Source: an uncultured Eubacteriaceae bacterium
GTDB taxonomy: Bacteria > Bacillota > Clostridia > Eubacteriales > UBA1433
Direction of reading: 5' to 3'
Assembly (NCBI GenBank): GCA_937880125.1
Contig: CALFLU010000031.1
Span: forward strand, 1 to 53,144
Length of the DNA: 53,144 bases
The notes beneath the pieces were generated by a model, which was given only the letters and a program-made list of their open reading frames with translations, was not told the origin of the DNA and made no database searches. Positions 48,698 to 53,144 of this stretch are shown here, piece by piece. The first letter of the stretch is position 1; each line of letters starts with the position of its first letter. The position numbers and the translations under genes were made by a program.

Positions 48698-49130
48698 AGT
48701 CCATTGCAATGAGCCGGGCATTGCCCACACCTTCGATGGCAGAAATGGCCTCCAAAAGCTTTGTTACATCTTCCAACATATTGGCAATATCCAGCGAAAT
48801 CGTCAAATGTGCGATATTATGGATCGGAATATTTTGATGAATGGTCAAAATGTTGCCGTTGAACTCTGCAATAACGCCCAGCACCGAGGACAGTCTGCCT
48901 TTTTCGTGGGAGAGCGCAAAGCTGAAAATGCATTTTTTTGCATTATCCATGGTAGAGGCAAAAACCTTGTCTTTATATTTATAGTAGGTGCTTCGGCTAA
49001 TCCCCGCTTTTTTCACCGCCTCACTGATCGTTTTTGCGTTTCCTTCGTTGAGCAGTCTGCCCGCATAGATGACTTTGTCAATATAATCGGGAAGCAGCTC
49101 CCTATGGACGATAAAATAGCCTTCTTTCAT
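48696..49130 (-). CDS. thrR: ThrR/PheB-like HTH-ACT regulator (UPF0735)
   Basis: EAV...GISRSTYYKYKD.VF, G.LS.VL, NILTIHQNIP. Third gene of thrC-thrB. Confidence 0.85.
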   Translation of the reverse strand: MKEGYFIVHRELLPDYIDKVIYAGRLLNEGNAKTISEAVKKAGISRSTYYKYKDKVFASTMDNAKKCIFSFALSHEKGRLSSVLGVIAEFNGNILTIHQNIPIHNIAHLTISLDIANMLEDVTKLLEAISAIEGVGNARLIAMD

Positions 49131-49133
49131 TTT

Positions 49134-50024
49134 TTACTCCTTTATCAGGCGTGCCCCTTCGCAGTCTACATCCAGGGCAATGGCCTGCCAGCGATGGCGA
49201 AAGTCTCGCTTGGCTTCTTGAAAATCTTTGAGCAGCCGTTGCATATCTGTTTTATCCGCAATGCCCATGATGCTGGGTCCCGCACCGCTGATAAACACAG
49301 CATGTACGCCCGCCTTTTGGGCAAACTGTTCAATTTTTTTATACTCGTCAATCAAAGGAATGCGATAGGGCTGATGCAGCCTGTCGTCTGCGCCGTCGGC
49401 AATCATGTCTGATTTGCCCTGTGTGAGGGCTGAGACCATCAGTGCCGCACGGGCGATGTTGTGAATGCCGTCCTTATAGGAAAGACTTGGCGGCAACACT
49501 TTACGCGCCTTGGACGTCGACAATCTGAAATTCGGCACAAAAACGCAAAATCCGTATTTTTCGTGGGGCAGTTGTTTGAGATATTGCCACCCGCTTTTCG
49601 TGTGATACGAAATCGTCAGCCCGCCAAACATGGCTGCCGAAATGTTGTCTGCATGACCCTCAAGCCCTGAGCAAATGTCGAAGGCCTGCGCAATGTCAAC
49701 CGGCATGCCGCAAAGCTCATAGGCTGCCATGACACCTGCAATGATGCATGTGGCGCTGCTGCCCAACCCGCGGGAGATGGGTATGTTTTCTTCGATATCG
49801 ATTTGGACACCTTCAATGGTTCGTCCGATTTTTTTCAATGCTGTTTTCAAAGATGTCAGCACCATGTTGCGGTCGTTGCGGTGCCTTTCGGCAAAACTGT
49901 CGCCGATTTTATAGCCGGCGTGCGGACGAAAGGTAAAGGTATTATACATCTGAAAACCGATGCCCAAACTGTCAAATCCGCATCCTAAATTTGCCGTGCT
50001 GGCAGGGACTTTTACTTGAAACAT
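49134..50024 (-). CDS. thrB: Homoserine kinase
   Basis: PASTANLG.GFD, PISRGLGSSA, EGHADN, LHQPYR, SGAGPS. Confidence 0.97.
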   Translation of the reverse strand: MFQVKVPASTANLGCGFDSLGIGFQMYNTFTFRPHAGYKIGDSFAERHRNDRNMVLTSLKTALKKIGRTIEGVQIDIEENIPISRGLGSSATCIIAGVMAAYELCGMPVDIAQAFDICSGLEGHADNISAAMFGGLTISYHTKSGWQYLKQLPHEKYGFCVFVPNFRLSTSKARKVLPPSLSYKDGIHNIARAALMVSALTQGKSDMIADGADDRLHQPYRIPLIDEYKKIEQFAQKAGVHAVFISGAGPSIMGIADKTDMQRLLKDFQEAKRDFRHRWQAIALDVDCEGARLIKE

Positions 50025-50025
50025 T

Positions 50026-51507
50026 TTACTTGCCCTCCTTCAGCAAATTTTCGATCAAAGGAATTATCTCTTCTTTATCGCAAACTTGTGTATGCAGCAA
50101 TTTTGCTTCCTCGATCTTTTTAAGCGCGGGGTGCATCGGCACTTTTGTGACTTTTTCCAACTCTCTCAGCGCCTCAAAACTGTCGCTGTCTTGTCCTGCA
50201 ATGGCGCTTAACACGTTGTCGGCAAATTTGTAGGCATTGGCGGTGGATAAAATCACCGTGGGGGTGCTGTCGCCTGTTTGCCGTTGATAGCGTTCATAAA
50301 CATGTGCCGCTGCTGCCGTGTGGGTATCGATGAGATAGTTTTCTTGTTCGAAGGTTTTGTGAATCATCTTTTTTATGTCCGCCTCTTTAGCATAGTCCCC
50401 ATAGAACTTGCTTTGCAGTGCTTTTTTGATCGAATCATTGACTTCATAAACGCCGTTTGCGGCCAATTGCTGCATTAAATCGGCAACATATGCTGCGTTG
50501 TTTTCGCTGAGATGAAAGAGCAGTCGCTCGAGGTTTGATGAGATCAAAATGTCCATGGACGGCGAAATCGTCTTTTTGAAGGTTCTGTTTTTGTCATAGG
50601 CACCGCTGTTAATGAAGTCTGTTAATACGTTATTTTCATTGGACGCACAGATAAATCGATTTACCGGCAGCCCCGCAAGAGAGGCGTAATAGCCTGCCAA
50701 AATATTGCCGAAGTTGCCTGTGGGCACACAAAAGTTGACCTTTTCTCCGGGCTTGATTTTTTGATCGCCTATCAGTTGCCCGTAAGCCCACCAATAATAA
50801 ATTGTCTGGGGAAACAGGCGTCCGATGTTGATGGAGTTGGCCGAAGACAACATCACGCTGTGCTTGCGCGCTGTTTGTTTGACTTCTTTGCTGTCAAAGG
50901 CTTTCTTCACTGCGCTTTGCGCATCGTCAAAGTTGCCGCGAATGCCGAACACGTGCACATTATCGCCTTTTTGCGACTGCATATGTCTCTTTTGTACGGC
51001 GCTGACCCCTTGGTCGGGATAGAAGACCACAATGTCGATATTGGGCTGATCGGCAAAGGCTTCCAGTGCGCTTTTGCCGGTATCCCCGCTGGTGGCGGTG
51101 AGAATCATAATCCTTTGTTGAATATCTTTTACTCGCAGTGCTTCGGCCATCAGATGCGGCAACACGGAAAGCGCCATATCCTTAAACGCTGCGGTTTTGC
51201 CGTGATAGAGTTCTAAAAAGATTTTGCTGTCTGTATAGCTCAGTGCCACCGGCGGTGTGGTATAGAAGTTATCTTCATTGTACGCTGCCTGTGCACATTT
51301 TGTGACGTCAATGCCGTCGGACGAAAAATAAGGTTCTAAGATATCGGCCGCCGCTAAAGTATATTGCTTGTCGATAAGCTTTTGTATGTCAAAGACGATA
51401 TCGGTTTGGGCGGGAACAAACAGCCCTCCGTCATCGGCAATGCCTTTGATGAGTGCCTCTGCAGGGCCTATAGAGCCGCCTTTGCCTCTTGTGCTGATGT
51501 AGTCCAT
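50026..51507 (-). CDS. thrC: Threonine synthase
   Basis: YISTR, DGGL, HG.T.AFKD, ATSGDTG, NSIN.GR, PTGNFGN, SPSMDI. Confidence 0.97.
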   Translation of the reverse strand: MDYISTRGKGGSIGPAEALIKGIADDGGLFVPAQTDIVFDIQKLIDKQYTLAAADILEPYFSSDGIDVTKCAQAAYNEDNFYTTPPVALSYTDSKIFLELYHGKTAAFKDMALSVLPHLMAEALRVKDIQQRIMILTATSGDTGKSALEAFADQPNIDIVVFYPDQGVSAVQKRHMQSQKGDNVHVFGIRGNFDDAQSAVKKAFDSKEVKQTARKHSVMLSSANSINIGRLFPQTIYYWWAYGQLIGDQKIKPGEKVNFCVPTGNFGNILAGYYASLAGLPVNRFICASNENNVLTDFINSGAYDKNRTFKKTISPSMDILISSNLERLLFHLSENNAAYVADLMQQLAANGVYEVNDSIKKALQSKFYGDYAKEADIKKMIHKTFEQENYLIDTHTAAAAHVYERYQRQTGDSTPTVILSTANAYKFADNVLSAIAGQDSDSFEALRELEKVTKVPMHPALKKIEEAKLLHTQVCDKEEIIPLIENLLKEGK

Positions 51508-51617
51508 GAAATAAATTCCTTTCTTGAAAATAAAACTTGCGCATGGTTGTATTATATGTTATTATGTTTGCATTGTAAATACAAATGTTTTTATTTTAGA
51601 AACATTTTTTAGAAAGG

Positions 51618-52856
51618 GTGTTTGTTATAAAAATCGGATTGCTTGGTCTGGGGACGGTTGGAAAAGGTGTCTACAATATTATCAACAACGAAAAAGGATA
51701 TTATTTTCAGACAGAAGCCGACGCGCCCCAAATTGTAAAAATACTGGTAACGGATACGAATAAAGATCGCGGCAATGACTTGGATTATTCGCTTTTGACA
51801 ACGGATCCGGACGATATTTTGCTGGACAATACCATTGATATTGTCGTCGCCGTCATGGGTGGCGGCGAGCCCGAATTGAAATATGTTTTAAGGGCGCTGA
51901 ACAATAAAAAACATGTGGTCACCGCCAACAAACAAATAATTTCGGACAATATGGCACTTTTGTTGTCAACCGCCAAAGAAAACAATGTTTCGCTGATGTT
52001 TGAGGCCAGTGTGGGCGGGGGTATTCCCATCATTGACACGATGCAGCAGTTATTGAAAATCAATCGCATCAACAACGTCACGGGCATTTTGAACGGTACG
52101 ACAAATTTTATTTTATCACAAATGAGCCAGCATCGCTCTTCTTTTGACGATGCACTCAAAGTTGCGCAGCAAATGGGCTTTGCCGAGGCAGACCCCACTG
52201 CCGATGTCATGGGCTTTGATGTCAGTCGAAAACTTTCGATTCTCTCTTCTTTGGCCTACAACCACATTATCAAAGACGAGAATATCTACAAACGGGGCAT
52301 TACCTCTATTGCCGCCGCGGATATCGAAATGACGCGCATGAACGGATATGTGCTTAAATATGTGGCGCAATCCTTTTTAAAAGGCGACAAATATTATACC
52401 GCTGTTGCCCCTGCACTCATTAAAGAGTCCACCGAGCTGGCTGTTGTCAACAATGAATATAATGTCATTATCTTAAACGGCAACATCATCGGCGAAATCA
52501 AAGTTTCCGGCAAAGGGGCCGGTCAAAACCCCACGGCCAATGCGGTGGTAGGCGATATTATTTATATCTTGGAAAAGAAATCTCCCATTGAGGCAGATTT
52601 TTCCAACCCCATTCGCAACGGCGGTATGGATGAATTTCGCGGCAAATATTATTTTCGATTCCGTGTCGAAAACAGCGCGCAATTTTCATCGGTCTTTGAC
52701 TGCGTAGACAAATATGTCGAGAAAAAAGATGCCATTTACCAAAAGGGAAACCTGTTTTTCTTCACAGAAGAAATTGCCTCATCGGTTGCCTTAAAAATTG
52801 AAAATGAAACCACTAAAATCTGCGAAAATATCTTTTTCGCAAGAGTAATTGAATAG
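51618..52856 (+). CDS. hom: Homoserine dehydrogenase (start uncertain, 51618 or 51627)
   Basis: GLGTVG, VVTANK, EASVGGGIP, GILNGTTN, GFAEADPTAD, GAG...TA. Confidence 0.96.
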   Translation: MFVIKIGLLGLGTVGKGVYNIINNEKGYYFQTEADAPQIVKILVTDTNKDRGNDLDYSLLTTDPDDILLDNTIDIVVAVMGGGEPELKYVLRALNNKKHVVTANKQIISDNMALLLSTAKENNVSLMFEASVGGGIPIIDTMQQLLKINRINNVTGILNGTTNFILSQMSQHRSSFDDALKVAQQMGFAEADPTADVMGFDVSRKLSILSSLAYNHIIKDENIYKRGITSIAAADIEMTRMNGYVLKYVAQSFLKGDKYYTAVAPALIKESTELAVVNNEYNVIILNGNIIGEIKVSGKGAGQNPTANAVVGDIIYILEKKSPIEADFSNPIRNGGMDEFRGKYYFRFRVENSAQFSSVFDCVDKYVEKKDAIYQKGNLFFFTEEIASSVALKIENETTKICENIFFARVIE

Positions 52857-52866
52857 GAGCAATGCC

Positions 52867-53144
52867 ATGATTACAAAACGTTCGTCCATACAAAGCATTT
52901 TTTTAGATGACGATATCGCCAAGATATCTATTTTGGAACTGCCCGACAAGCCGGGAATCGCCTTTAAACTTTTTAGCCTGCTCACGGCTGAAGACGTGAA
53001 AATAGATATGATCGTACAAAATGTCAATCGACAAAACATCAACGATATTTCTTTTACGGTGCGCCAGGAACAAATGGAAAAAGCCGTGCAGACGGCACAG
53101 AAGTTTGCGTTTGAAGTCAATGCCCAAAAGGTCATTTATGACAA
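52867..53144 (+). CDS. Stand-alone ACT-domain protein resembling the aspartokinase beta subunit (runs off window end)
   Basis: Read manually: MITKRSSIQSIFLDDDIAKISILELPDKPGIAFKLF.LL..E.V.IDMIVQN...DISFTV. AGGAG SD overlaps the hom stop. Confidence 0.82.
   Translation, partial: MITKRSSIQSIFLDDDIAKISILELPDKPGIAFKLFSLLTAEDVKIDMIVQNVNRQNINDISFTVRQEQMEKAVQTAQKFAFEVNAQKVIYD

Overview
Chromosomal segment of an anaerobic Firmicute (Clostridia-like, inferred from S-box, T-box and FMN leaders, ECF S-component, hcp/rubredoxin and ThrR-type regulator). Most of it is housekeeping: partial ybaK, metK, ttcA-recD2-comF-hpf-(DUF5317)-secA-prfB, PPK2, ribU, feoAB with a DtxR-family regulator, tyrS, ctpA-rlmL-prmC, ridA/murI, fetAB and thrC-thrB-thrR/hom. 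There is also a partly decayed oxidoreductase/MFS cluster (26.5-32.9 kb) and a cupin-rubredoxin-hcp operon. The most striking region is a ~6.5 kb polymorphic-toxin/immunity array (38.0-44.6 kb) directly downstream of tRNA-Ala(GGC). It holds two start-less Rhs fragments (one ending in an AHH nuclease toxin) and five immunity-like genes. Three copies of a structured ~95-115 bp intergenic element punctuate it: each follows an immunity stop codon, and two end exactly where an Rhs fragment begins, suggesting an undescribed cassette-capture/shuffling signal. Two small ORFs (60 and 48 aa) that share an N-terminal motif, and a DUF5317 protein with a ~600 aa acidic tail, are also notable. All family calls come from motif recognition by eye; no searches were run.
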